DNA of 34,130 nucleotides from a candidate division WOR-3 bacterium. Lineage in GTDB: Bacteria > Hydrothermota > Hydrothermia > B15-G9 > WFZT01. The stretch is taken from contig JALUEE010000084.1 of NCBI GenBank assembly GCA_027053075.1, positions 1 to 34,130 on the forward strand. Direction: 5' to 3'. Position 1 is the stretch's first letter. Every line of letters begins with the position of its first letter. Positions 10,015 through 18,797 of this stretch are shown one piece after another. Below the pieces are notes generated by a model. It had not been told where the DNA came from and made no database searches. It was given only the letters and a program-made list of their open reading frames with translations. The translations under genes and the position numbers were made by a program.

Positions 10015-10057
10015 TTACAACTAAAATTCATGTCCAGAGAAGTCCTAGTCACCCACC

Positions 10058-11020
10058 TTAATCGACCCACAAAACCGTATTCCAGGGCTTCTCTCCGTAT
10101 TTCAGATATTTTATCACTGCCTCTGCTGCTATTTCGGACATCTTGTTGCGTGTCCAATACGTGGCACTTCCTATGTGAGGCAAGAGTACCACATTGTCGA
10201 GCTTTTTTAGCTCATCTGGCACCTCAGGCTCCCTCTCATACACGTCCAGTCCAGCTCCCCATATCCAGCCCTCTTTCAGAGCCTTTATCAGAGCCTTCTC
10301 ATCCACCACGGGCCCACGGGCAACGTTGACTATAATCGCGTTGGACTTCATCATCTTTAATTCTCTTTCTCCAATCATGTGATAGGTTTCCCTTGTAAGT
10401 GGGGTATGGAGCGTCACATAGTCTGATTCCTTAAGTAGTTCATCAAGTCCGGAAAATTCAGCACCAAGCTCCTTTTCCTTCTCAGGTTTCCTGGTTCTGC
10501 TGTAATAAAGTACTTTCATGTCGAAGCCTTTTGCCCTCTTTGCCACGGCCTGACCGATTCGTCCAAAGCCTACAATTCCCAGTGTTCTTCCCACAAAATC
10601 CTGGCCGAGGAACAGGAATGGTCCCCAGCCTTTGAATTTACCCTCCCGAACAAATCTGTCTGCCTCCACAATGCGCCTTGCCACGGCAAACATCAGGGCC
10701 CACGTAAGATCTGCTGTTGCGTCAGTCAGGACATCAGGTGTGTTGGTCACCACAATTTTTCTTTCCTTTGCCGCCTCAAGGTCAATATTGTCATAACCCA
10801 CAGCGTAGTTGGCAATAATTTTGAGCTGGGGAGCGGATTCGATTATCTCTCTGTCGAATTTCATGGAAAGAAGCGGAATAACTGCGTCAGCGTCCTTGAT
10901 TAATTTCTTGAGCTCCTCTTTGCTCTGCGGGGGATTTTCAGGGATAACTACTTCAAAACCCTCATCCCTTAGAAGTTTGATTCCGGCATCTGGAATCTTT
11001 GCAGGAATAACAACCTTCAT
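10058..11020 (-). CDS. gyaR: D-2-hydroxyacid dehydrogenase, glyoxylate/hydroxypyruvate reductase type
   Basis: [57 protein letters not shown]. Confidence 0.88.
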   Translation of the reverse strand: MKVVIPAKIPDAGIKLLRDEGFEVVIPENPPQSKEELKKLIKDADAVIPLLSMKFDREIIESAPQLKIIANYAVGYDNIDLEAAKERKIVVTNTPDVLTDATADLTWALMFAVARRIVEADRFVREGKFKGWGPFLFLGQDFVGRTLGIVGFGRIGQAVAKRAKGFDMKVLYYSRTRKPEKEKELGAEFSGLDELLKESDYVTLHTPLTRETYHMIGERELKMMKSNAIIVNVARGPVVDEKALIKALKEGWIWGAGLDVYEREPEVPDELKKLDNVVLLPHIGSATYWTRNKMSEIAAEAVIKYLKYGEKPWNTVLWVD

Positions 11021-12691
11021 CTAAAACACTCCAAGAATTTCTCCGTCATCTGTGAGGTCAACGTTGACTGCAGCGGGAACCTTTGGAAGTCCTGGCATTG
11101 TCATTATATCACCTGTGATGGGAATGACAAATCTTGAGCCAGCGGCAAGCCTTACCTCACGGACGTTGATTTTGAATCCCGTAGGTCGCCCAAGGAGCTT
11201 CGGATTGTCGGAAAGTGAATACTGGGTTTTTGCCATACAGATGTATGCATTTCTGAACCCCATCTTTTCATAGCGTTCAAGAGCCTTGAGGGCTTTGCTT
11301 GTGTATTCCACTCCATCAGCGCCATAAATCTCTTTTGCAATACGCTCTATCTTCTCCTTAAGTGGCATGTCAATCTCATAAATGGGCCTGTAATTGGGTT
11401 TTTCGTTTTCGAGGGCATCCAGGACCTTTTCTGCCAGTTCCACTCCGCCTTCACTTCCCTTTGCCCAGACCTCTGAGAGTGCGAAGCGGACACCTTTCTT
11501 TTCTAATAATTCGCTCAATTTTTTGATCTCGGCATAGGTATCAGTGGGGAATCGGTTGATGGCAACAACTGAAGGAATGCCGAATTTTGCTATATTTTCT
11601 ATATGTTTTTCCAAATTTCCAAATCCGCGCTCGAGGGCTTCCACATTTTCCTCAGCAAGCTGATCTTTTGGAACACCTCCGTGGAATTTCAACGCCCTGA
11701 TTGAGGCAACAATGACTGTTACATCCGGTGAGAATCCACCGATTCTTGAAACAATGTTGAGGAATTTCTCAGCCCCAAGATCAGCTCCAAATCCAGCCTC
11801 TGTGACGGTAATTTCAGCGAGTTTTAATGAAAGTTTTGTTGCAAGGATGGAATTTGTCCCGTGGGCAATATTACCAAATGGGCCAATGTGAACAAATGCA
11901 GGTGTATTTTCAATGGTCTGAACGAGATTGGGCTTCAATGCATCCCTCAGGAGTGCTGCCATAGCTCCGTTGGCTTTGAGGTCTTTTGCAGTAATGGGCT
12001 CTCTTTTTCTCGTGTATGCGGCAATGATGTTCCCAAGCCTTTCTTTAAGGTCCCGGTAATTTAGAGAAAGGCCAAGGATTGCCATAATTTCTGATGCAGG
12101 GGTGATATCGAATCCATCTTCGCGCGGGAATCCGTTGGATACACCACCAAGTCCAACAACAATGCTCCGCAGGGCACGGTCATTCATATCAATAGCGCGT
12201 CTCCAGGCTATTCTTCGAGCATCTATGCCGAGTTCGTTGCCCTGGTGAATGTGGTTGTCAATCATCGCAGAGAGGAGGTTATGTGCAGAATTGACCGCAT
12301 GAAAGTCTCCTGTGAAATGGAGATTTATGTCCTCCATGGGTAACACCTGGGAGTAACCACCGCCAGCCGCGCCGCCTTTTATACCAAAAACAGGACCGAG
12401 AGAGGGTTCTCTGAGGGTGACTATTGATTTTTTGCCGAGCCTGTTCAGAGCCATGCTCAGGCCAATTGAGGTAGTGGTTTTGCCTTCTCCTGCAGGAGTT
12501 GGATTGATGGCAGTCACAAGGATGAGTTTTCCATCCTGCTTCCCCTCCAGTTCGTCAAATATAGATAGGTTGACTTTTGCCTTATAATTTCCGTAAAGCT
12601 CCAGATATCCTTCGGATATTCCGGCTTTTTTTGCAATTTCTCTGATATCTTCTAATTTTGCCTCATGTGCAATTTCGATATCGGATTTCAT
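11021..12691 (-). CDS. fhs: Formate-tetrahydrofolate ligase
   Basis: [68 protein letters not shown]. Confidence 0.98.
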   Translation of the reverse strand: MKSDIEIAHEAKLEDIREIAKKAGISEGYLELYGNYKAKVNLSIFDELEGKQDGKLILVTAINPTPAGEGKTTTSIGLSMALNRLGKKSIVTLREPSLGPVFGIKGGAAGGGYSQVLPMEDINLHFTGDFHAVNSAHNLLSAMIDNHIHQGNELGIDARRIAWRRAIDMNDRALRSIVVGLGGVSNGFPREDGFDITPASEIMAILGLSLNYRDLKERLGNIIAAYTRKREPITAKDLKANGAMAALLRDALKPNLVQTIENTPAFVHIGPFGNIAHGTNSILATKLSLKLAEITVTEAGFGADLGAEKFLNIVSRIGGFSPDVTVIVASIRALKFHGGVPKDQLAEENVEALERGFGNLEKHIENIAKFGIPSVVAINRFPTDTYAEIKKLSELLEKKGVRFALSEVWAKGSEGGVELAEKVLDALENEKPNYRPIYEIDMPLKEKIERIAKEIYGADGVEYTSKALKALERYEKMGFRNAYICMAKTQYSLSDNPKLLGRPTGFKINVREVRLAAGSRFVIPITGDIMTMPGLPKVPAAVNVDLTDDGEILGVF

Positions 12692-12722
12692 AGAGCGCCT
12701 CCTTCAAGGTTTATTCACGAAA

Positions 12723-12751
12723 AATATAATGGAAAAACTGCATATTGTAAA
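12723..12751 (-). promoter_or_regulatory. Putative sigma70 promoter of fhs-gyaR
   Basis: TTTACA, 17 nt, TATATT; AAGGAGG SD at 12704-12698. Confidence 0.55.
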
Positions 12752-12958
12752 ATTTTATACGGTCTGGATGCTCGGGGACCGGAATCTCTGGAGTAGCAGG
12801 AAATATGGAATTTTTGAAATTTTACAGTGGAATGCCCTCTTCCGTCGATTTCCTCCGTGTAAAATGTAGGGGGAGTGTTTTTGCCGTATTGTGAAAAGAA
12901 ATTTTTTCTACGTAAGCTGGTCTCGATTGTGTATCTGCATACAAAAATCAGTAATGCT

Positions 12959-13489
12959 TCAGTCGGACGATCTAAAATACCAGTTTTCGTTGAAGAATGG
13001 CACAAGGGCCATGATGATGCCGCTCTCGTATAGTTTTGAGCAGTTTATAACGCCCTTCGACAGGTAGCCTATTGCCCCCTGCTTTTGCTTTGAATTGTGG
13101 TCGTTTAAAAGTTCGTCCATAACATCACCCAACTCGACCCCCGAAAGGAGTTTCTCAACAATGAAATCAGGTAATGTAAACATGGGAGATGTTCCCCATC
13201 CAACACGTGAATATTTATCAACAATACAGACAGCACCAAAAGAAAACCATACACCGGAGATTTTCGAAACTCCTCCCTCAATTCCTACGAAGAAATCACC
13301 TTCTACGGAATTTTTGAGTGTCATCGCTCGGTTATAAGCACCCTTAAAAGTTTCGTCTCCAACGGGCTGGTGGGATACTCCTGATTTAACTTCTACCCCC
13401 ACCACCTCAACATTCTCAAAATAATGAGAGAAAGCGTTCTTTGTGGCAAAAATCTTAACCGGATTTTTTGAGCCTACAACGACCTTCAC
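12959..13489 (-). CDS. yjjX: Inosine/xanthosine triphosphatase (DUF84)
   Basis: [43 protein letters not shown]. Confidence 0.92.
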   Translation of the reverse strand: MKVVVGSKNPVKIFATKNAFSHYFENVEVVGVEVKSGVSHQPVGDETFKGAYNRAMTLKNSVEGDFFVGIEGGVSKISGVWFSFGAVCIVDKYSRVGWGTSPMFTLPDFIVEKLLSGVELGDVMDELLNDHNSKQKQGAIGYLSKGVINCSKLYESGIIMALVPFFNENWYFRSSD

Positions 13490-14208
13490 AGAATCTTACT
13501 CATGAAGAGTTTTGTTCTTGGATGGTCTGGATTTGTAAATATTTTCGAGGCGGGTCCCTCCTCCACTATCCGGCCATCGTCCATGAAAATAACGTGAGTC
13601 GCCACTTCCCTCGCGAATCCCATCTCATGAGAAACCACAATCATGGTCATTCCTTCTTTAGCAAGGGCAATCATCACGTCCAATACCTCTTTAATCATTT
13701 CCGGATCAAGTGCGCTTGTTGGCTCATCAAAGAGCATCACTTTGGGTTTCATTGCAAGTGCTCTCGCAATGGCCACCCTTTGCTGCTGACCACCTGAAAG
13801 CTGGGAAGGGTAGCTGTTAGCCTTATCCCCGATTCCCACTTTTTCCAGTAATTCAAGAGCACGTTTTCTTACAACATCTTTGGGCTCTTTCTTTACTACT
13901 ACAGGTCCAAGCATGACGTTTTCGAGGGCAGTGAGGTGCGGGAATAGATTGAAGTGCTGAAATACCATGCCAACTTCTGCGCGAATCTTATTTTTATCCA
14001 CCTTTTTGTCTGCAATATCCTGACCCTCGATGTAAATATGACCTTCATCTATTTTCTCAAGAGCATTTATGCACCGCAACATGGTGCTTTTTCCAGCTCC
14101 AGAGGGTCCGACGATTACCACGACCTGACCCTTTTTTACCTCAAAGGATATTCCTTTCAAAACGTGTAGATGCCCGAATCTTTTATGAACGTTAACTACT
14201 TTTACCAT
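13486..14208 (-). CDS. Polar amino acid ABC transporter ATP-binding protein (GlnQ family)
   Basis: [47 protein letters not shown]. Confidence 0.95.
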   Translation of the reverse strand: MVKVVNVHKRFGHLHVLKGISFEVKKGQVVVIVGPSGAGKSTMLRCINALEKIDEGHIYIEGQDIADKKVDKNKIRAEVGMVFQHFNLFPHLTALENVMLGPVVVKKEPKDVVRKRALELLEKVGIGDKANSYPSQLSGGQQQRVAIARALAMKPKVMLFDEPTSALDPEMIKEVLDVMIALAKEGMTMIVVSHEMGFAREVATHVIFMDDGRIVEEGPASKIFTNPDHPRTKLFMSKIL

Positions 14209-14953
14209 TGACTCTCATCCTTCTTTCAAGATAGTGTGTGAAAACCGAAAGGGTTGTGGTCATAACGAAATAAAGCGCCGCCACTGTAAACCATACCTCA
14301 AAGGGCCTGAATATTCTTGAATTGATCTGTCTTCCCGTGAGTGTAAGCTCGGGTAGGGACATGACAGATACCAGTGATGAATCCTTGATGAGTGAAATAA
14401 ACTGCCCTGCAAGGGGAGGAATCACGATTCTGAAGGCCTGTGGAAGAATGATGTGTCTCATCACCTGAAAATAGTTCATGCCAAGTGAATATGCCGCTTC
14501 CCACTGGCCCTTTGGAATACTCTGAATCCCGGCCCTGATAATTTCTGTAACGTAGGCACCCTCAAATACGGATAGTGCAAAAACTGCTGCCTGGAACGCG
14601 GTCAATCGGAAGATGGTGGCAACAAAGAAGTAAACGATGAAGATCTGTATGAGGAGAGGAGTATTTCTGATGGACTCGACATAGATACCGGCAAGGAGCC
14701 TCAGAGCGGGTTCACTTGATATCTTCATGAGTCCTGCGACGACACCGATTATGATAGCAACTATAGTGGAGACAGCAGAAACCTCAAGAGTAAGAAGTGC
14801 CGCTTTGAGGAAAACAGGCATAACTGGTGGAATGTCCTGCCAGTGCCAGTTGTATATCTGCTTGGCCTGAACAAGATAGGCACCAAGGAAAAGGATAACA
14901 AAAAATACACCAAGTATAATAAATGACCTCAGGGTAAACTTTGATTCACTAAT
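14192..14953 (-). CDS. Polar amino acid ABC transporter permease (HisM/GlnP family), probable ATT start
   Basis: [38 protein letters not shown]. The frame stays open 44 codons upstream of ATG 14821, adding a TM helix and YNWHW, up to an ATT 9 nt after GGAGG. Confidence 0.9.
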   Translation of the reverse strand: MSESKFTLRSFIILGVFFVILFLGAYLVQAKQIYNWHWQDIPPVMPVFLKAALLTLEVSAVSTIVAIIIGVVAGLMKISSEPALRLLAGIYVESIRNTPLLIQIFIVYFFVATIFRLTAFQAAVFALSVFEGAYVTEIIRAGIQSIPKGQWEAAYSLGMNYFQVMRHIILPQAFRIVIPPLAGQFISLIKDSSLVSVMSLPELTLTGRQINSRIFRPFEVWFTVAALYFVMTTTLSVFTHYLERRMRVNGKSS

Positions 14954-14979
14954 GGTATACTACCTCCCTGTTTTTAAGG

Positions 14980-15025
14980 TTTTGTGTGGGGGGCGTCAGG
15001 CGAAGCCTGACGCCCCCACACAAAA
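14980..15025. promoter_or_regulatory. Intercistronic stem-loop between binding protein and permease genes
   Basis: TTTTGTGTGGGGGGCGTCAGGC-GAA-GCCTGACGCCCCCACACAAAA: 21-bp stem with one bulge, no U-tract in the transcribed (minus) direction. Confidence 0.75.
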
Positions 15026-15029
15026 TTCA

Positions 15030-15857
15030 TTAATCTTTCACCTTCTCTAACCAGGGCATATCGATAAACCACTTCTTGAAGAGCTTATCATAAGTGGTTT
15101 GCCCTGGAGGTCCGTCATGCTTGATCTGGAAAATAAACTCATTAATCCACCTTAAAAAGTCCACATCTCCCTTTCTGATTGCAAATCCGAAGTACTCGTA
15201 AGTAAATGGCTCAAGGATTGCTCTGACCTGTTTCTTATGTCTTCCAGCCCAGATAGCAAGGAACGGCTGGTCAAACACCATAAGGTCAGCCTTACCCTGT
15301 GTCACAGCCATTGCAGCTTCCACTTCTTTTTCATACCTCTTAAACTTTGCCTTCGGGAACATCTTTGTAGCGGCAAAATCACCTGTTGTCCCTGTCTGCA
15401 CAGCAATTACGTAACCTGAACCATCGCCCAGGTCTTTGTAGCTTTTAATGTGAGCCGCCTTCCTCTTCAAATTGACCATGATCGCCTGACCAGTTTTGAA
15501 GTAAGGGTCAGAGAAATTAACGGCAAGAGCCCTCTTTAATGTAATCGTCATTCCGGAGGCAATGATGTCAAATTTTCCTGTATTGAGCGCAGGAATAATA
15601 CCGTCCCAGTCGGTATTTACTATCTTGAGCTTAACGCCCATTTCTTTCGCCATCAGTTTTACGATATCTATATCAAAACCAATGATGCTACCATCTTTCG
15701 CCACCATTTCAAAAGGTGCGTATCCAGCATTCAATCCAACTCTGAGCTCACCCCTTTTTAGAATCTGCTCAAGGTATGAATTTCTGGCAATATCCTCAGG
15801 CGATATTGCCATCAATAGCATAGGTACAACTGCCAGTACGAGTAGCAGTTTCTTCAT
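15030..15857 (-). CDS. Amino acid ABC transporter substrate-binding protein (SBP family 3)
   Basis: Signal peptide MKKLLLVLAVVPMLLMA, LRVGLNAGYAPFE, GFDIDI, WDGIIPAL, ASGMTITLKRA. ATG 15857 follows GGGAGG. Confidence 0.93.
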   Translation of the reverse strand: MKKLLLVLAVVPMLLMAISPEDIARNSYLEQILKRGELRVGLNAGYAPFEMVAKDGSIIGFDIDIVKLMAKEMGVKLKIVNTDWDGIIPALNTGKFDIIASGMTITLKRALAVNFSDPYFKTGQAIMVNLKRKAAHIKSYKDLGDGSGYVIAVQTGTTGDFAATKMFPKAKFKRYEKEVEAAMAVTQGKADLMVFDQPFLAIWAGRHKKQVRAILEPFTYEYFGFAIRKGDVDFLRWINEFIFQIKHDGPPGQTTYDKLFKKWFIDMPWLEKVKD

Positions 15858-15952
15858 ACTACACCTCCCTTTGGGATTTTTTGATAATTGATGAGTTTCA
15901 AGTGGATTGGAAATATCTGATTTGACATTAAAAACCCAGCCAAAGTGAATAA

Positions 15953-15981
15953 ATTTTAATCCCCACTGAAAAATTTTGCAA
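15953..15981 (-). promoter_or_regulatory. Putative sigma70 promoter of the ABC operon
   Basis: TTGCAA, 17 nt, TAAAAT. Confidence 0.5.
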
Positions 15982-16056
15982 ACAGAGTTGTATTTATACA
16001 TCAGATTACATATATAATAAAGCAATTTCTAATTCGAACAATTTCATCCCAAATTA

Positions 16057-16542
16057 CTAATTACTCACCCTTCGTAAGAAATTCAAAAGATCTTTGAGGA
16101 GATTAGGCAAATTGTTCCAATCTATAAGTTCGTTCACAATATACCGTATGAAAGCACCGTCATCGCTGTACTTATAATCATTTTGAATTTCCTTAAATGT
16201 AGACTTGGGATTATTAAACTCGTAACCAAGCCAAGATAGCAAAAATCCTTCACAATTATTGGGAGTTAGCACAAGTGTATAATTTCCCCACAAAAGTTGA
16301 GTTGCAATGTTTTTAATTTTTGGCAAATCGATTTTTACTCTGTCCTCATCAACAATAATTAATTCACCATTAAAAAATATGCTTCTGTCATCTTGAAGTC
16401 TTACTTGTTCTTCTAATTTCGGCAAAACATTCCCCTTACTAATAAGTTTTTCAGTACGAATCCGAATCCCCGTTTTTTGTAAAATTGCCTCAATTAGAAC
16501 AATATGGCACTTGTCTTCTCCAAGTATTTTTACACTTTTCAA
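16057..16542 (-). CDS. Small TOPRIM-like protein (DUF4276/DUF3226/RloB-like), putative nuclease
   Basis: Strand plus Glu (ILGEDK), DxD after a hydrophobic strand (LIIVDED), NCEGFLL, NPKSTF. TTG start overlaps the ATPase stop (TTGA); GAGGAG SD. Confidence 0.55.
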   Translation of the reverse strand: MKSVKILGEDKCHIVLIEAILQKTGIRIRTEKLISKGNVLPKLEEQVRLQDDRSIFFNGELIIVDEDRVKIDLPKIKNIATQLLWGNYTLVLTPNNCEGFLLSWLGYEFNNPKSTFKEIQNDYKYSDDGAFIRYIVNELIDWNNLPNLLKDLLNFLRRVSN

Positions 16543-17831
16543 ATTAACTCCTCAACTTTCTTTGCATATTCAGGAAATTCTTTTATAATTGCCCCCTCAC
16601 CTGTGTCCTGGACAAGCCACCAATACTCTCTGGGGACAGATTCCGAAATCATTGGAGAATGAGTGGCAAGGATTATCTGAATCCTGTCATCTTTAGCTTC
16701 ATTTACAAGATTTTCAATCCACCAAGCGAGTCTCCCAGGGTGAAAGCCATTTTCAGGTTCGTCTATTGCAATAATCGAGGGTTGTTCAGGCAAATTTAAA
16801 AAGGATAGATACGCAAGAATGCGCAGTGTTCCATCTGAAACAGTTGCAGCAGGATGTAACCCTTTGTTGTCTTTTATTAGCAGTTTCACATTATGGATTC
16901 CTTCCAGCTCGTAAAGTTGTAGTTGAATATCCTCAACTTCGCTAACATAAACCTGAAGGCTATATAAAATCTTCTTGAATTTTTCAGGATGTGAATTCTT
17001 AAGCCACCACAAGAAGGAAGGCAGGTTCTGGCCATCTTCCTGTAATTCTTTTTTATAACGCTGTGATGGTGATTTAAGGACATCAATGTTAAGCTTAAGA
17101 ATTTTTATGCCTTTCCAAATATCCATCCAATCATTGTAGTTCCCTTGATAGCTAACCATTTCTTCTGCCTGCTGATAAAATGTATATTTATCTTCTTTGT
17201 CATAAGTGCCGCTACCAAGGGTTATCCATTTACCATCTTTGGTCCAATGCAATGACATATAACCTTTGAATTCATGATTTCCATTTTGGGTGAAATTTAC
17301 CTCTATTTCAATTTTATCACATCCCGTGGACACAATTGCAGCAGGATTTGTGGCATATCGATTGATTTCCTCAAGAAAGGCTTCTGGGTTCCCGATATGA
17401 GCAAGTTTTATCAATTTGAGAGCCTCAAGAATCGCAGTTTTCCCTGATGCATTAGCACCAAATATTGCGTTAAATTTTTTTACATCCTTCCATTCAAAGT
17501 TTATAAGATTTTTATAGCCCCTAACTTTTATGTTGTTGAGGCGCCAGATTTTTGGCCTTGTTTCGAGAAAATTCATTAATTCATGCTTCCATTCAGGAAG
17601 CATGAGATTGGTAAATTCAAAAAGCTGAGGGTTCTTAAAGTTTTTGGGTAATTTCCCGAAGGCTTCATCAACAAAACTTGTGGTCAGGACTTCAATACCT
17701 TCGAGATCTAAACAAATTTTTTTATCCCCTTTCTTTAAGATTTCAACAACTTTTCGGTTTAAAAGTTTACCTTTATCTCTTGTATTGGCAAATGGACTTT
17801 TTATTATCTCTTTAACCTTGATGACCTTCAT
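16539..17831 (-). CDS. Fusion: STAS-like (DUF4325) domain plus AAA_21/AAA_15-type ABC ATPase
   Basis: aa 1-90: TRDKGKLL..LDLEGIEVLTTSFVDEAFGKL. Then IKVRGYKNL, Walker A GANASGKT, signature VSDGTLR, Walker B/D-loop IDEPENGFHP, H-loop ATHSP. Confidence 0.85.
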   Translation of the reverse strand: MKVIKVKEIIKSPFANTRDKGKLLNRKVVEILKKGDKKICLDLEGIEVLTTSFVDEAFGKLPKNFKNPQLFEFTNLMLPEWKHELMNFLETRPKIWRLNNIKVRGYKNLINFEWKDVKKFNAIFGANASGKTAILEALKLIKLAHIGNPEAFLEEINRYATNPAAIVSTGCDKIEIEVNFTQNGNHEFKGYMSLHWTKDGKWITLGSGTYDKEDKYTFYQQAEEMVSYQGNYNDWMDIWKGIKILKLNIDVLKSPSQRYKKELQEDGQNLPSFLWWLKNSHPEKFKKILYSLQVYVSEVEDIQLQLYELEGIHNVKLLIKDNKGLHPAATVSDGTLRILAYLSFLNLPEQPSIIAIDEPENGFHPGRLAWWIENLVNEAKDDRIQIILATHSPMISESVPREYWWLVQDTGEGAIIKEFPEYAKKVEELI

Positions 17832-17832
17832 T

Positions 17833-18624
17833 TTAAGCCCTCTTAAAAAAGAATCCTGTGCTTGTTCCTTTCCAGTATCCTTTCACCTTACCAGCAGTCT
17901 CAGCCCACGGATACGCCATGTAAAACCCATTGCCAGACCATAGCCAGAAGTTACCACCCATTTCTGTTGCAAAAGTCTTAACTCTCCATAATCCATTACC
18001 GCTGAACCTCTTTTTATCTCTTGTAACTCCTCTCTTAGCAGCCAATTGAACAGCAATAGAATCAAAAGGGACATGATAATCCTTATTTTGCGATAGACTC
18101 TCCCTTATACCAATTCCTCTGTCGCTTATGGCAACTTCTATGTTGGTTCTGTATTTTTGAGCCATTGCCACACACCATGACGATTCACCTGCATGAATTA
18201 ACACATTTTCGAGTAGTTCAGATGTGGCTTCTAATATGTTTACCAGCGTGCTTTTTTCGATTTCATTTTCAAACACTACTTTCAAATTTTTCATAAATTT
18301 ATCCATGTCTTCTTTCGATTTTATCAGAGAAAGTTCTACAAATCTACCTTCCGGAGGATTCCGCCTTTGCTGAAAGTTAAACTCAATTCCTGAAATTTTG
18401 TCAAAGTTCATTCGTTTCAGGTAACCCAAAAGTTCACTACTTTGTGGCAAAATTACTTTAGGCTTATGTTCTCTTTTCTCATAGAGAAAGGTGGCCAGTG
18501 GAACAAGTGCTGAAGGGTATATAAAGTGCACATCTCTAATATTGATTTCCTTTATTAATCCCAGATTAAAATGGGCTAAGACAAGGTCTTCAATCCTTAA
18601 ATCACCTGAAAAAACCAATTTCAT
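17833..18624 (-). CDS. GHKL/HATPase_c protein, RsbW/SpoIIAB-like Ser kinase type, with degenerate STAS-like N-terminus
   Basis: N box SELLENVLIHA, G1 ISDRGIGI, G2 SGNGL, terminal WKGT. N-terminal VHFIYPSALVPL..YLKRMNF. No TM segments or DHp helix pair. Confidence 0.82.
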   Translation of the reverse strand: MKLVFSGDLRIEDLVLAHFNLGLIKEINIRDVHFIYPSALVPLATFLYEKREHKPKVILPQSSELLGYLKRMNFDKISGIEFNFQQRRNPPEGRFVELSLIKSKEDMDKFMKNLKVVFENEIEKSTLVNILEATSELLENVLIHAGESSWCVAMAQKYRTNIEVAISDRGIGIRESLSQNKDYHVPFDSIAVQLAAKRGVTRDKKRFSGNGLWRVKTFATEMGGNFWLWSGNGFYMAYPWAETAGKVKGYWKGTSTGFFFKRA

Positions 18625-18630
18625 TTAAAA

Positions 18631-18660
18631 ATTATAATGGCATTTTGGAAGACAAAACAA
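18631..18660 (-). promoter_or_regulatory. Putative promoter of the kinase-STAS/ATPase-TOPRIM operon (leaderless)
   Basis: TTGTTT, 18 nt, TATAAT; -10 lies 6 nt before ATG 18624; no SD. Confidence 0.45.
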
Positions 18661-18762
18661 TTATAGGGGGAATCTGAAACAATGAAGAAATTTTTCCAAT
18701 TCTAAAAATTGTTTGTAAGCGAAATGAAATAGGCAAAATCTTCCGTACGAGTGCCCGAACAC

Positions 18763-18791
18763 TTGACTCAACAAATGGTCCCCAAAATACT
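18763..18791 (+). promoter_or_regulatory. Putative promoter of the pilin locus (leaderless)
   Basis: TTGACT, 17 nt, AATACT; 6 nt before ATG 18798; no properly spaced SD. Confidence 0.45.
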
Positions 18792-18797
18792 TTTGGA

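Noticed and set aside
9301..10329. ORFs 9301-9726, 9736-9918, 9915-10157 and 10030-10329
   Set aside because: They translate REP palindromes or the antisense of gyaR; no protein motifs.
12692..12958. ZTP or THF riboswitch upstream of fhs
   Set aside because: No recognisable aptamer motifs, and the candidate promoter leaves a leader of only about 25 nt.
15940..16005. ArgR, Rex or CodY boxes upstream of the ABC operon
   Set aside because: Only partial matches with mismatches or wrong spacing in AT-rich DNA.
15858..16025. N-terminal extensions in the ORF track (SBP from 16025; likewise Nif3 from 7354, FN3 from 28443, membrane protein from 8870)
   Set aside because: Downstream starts fit better on SD, signal peptide or overlap grounds; the extensions cover promoters or other genes.
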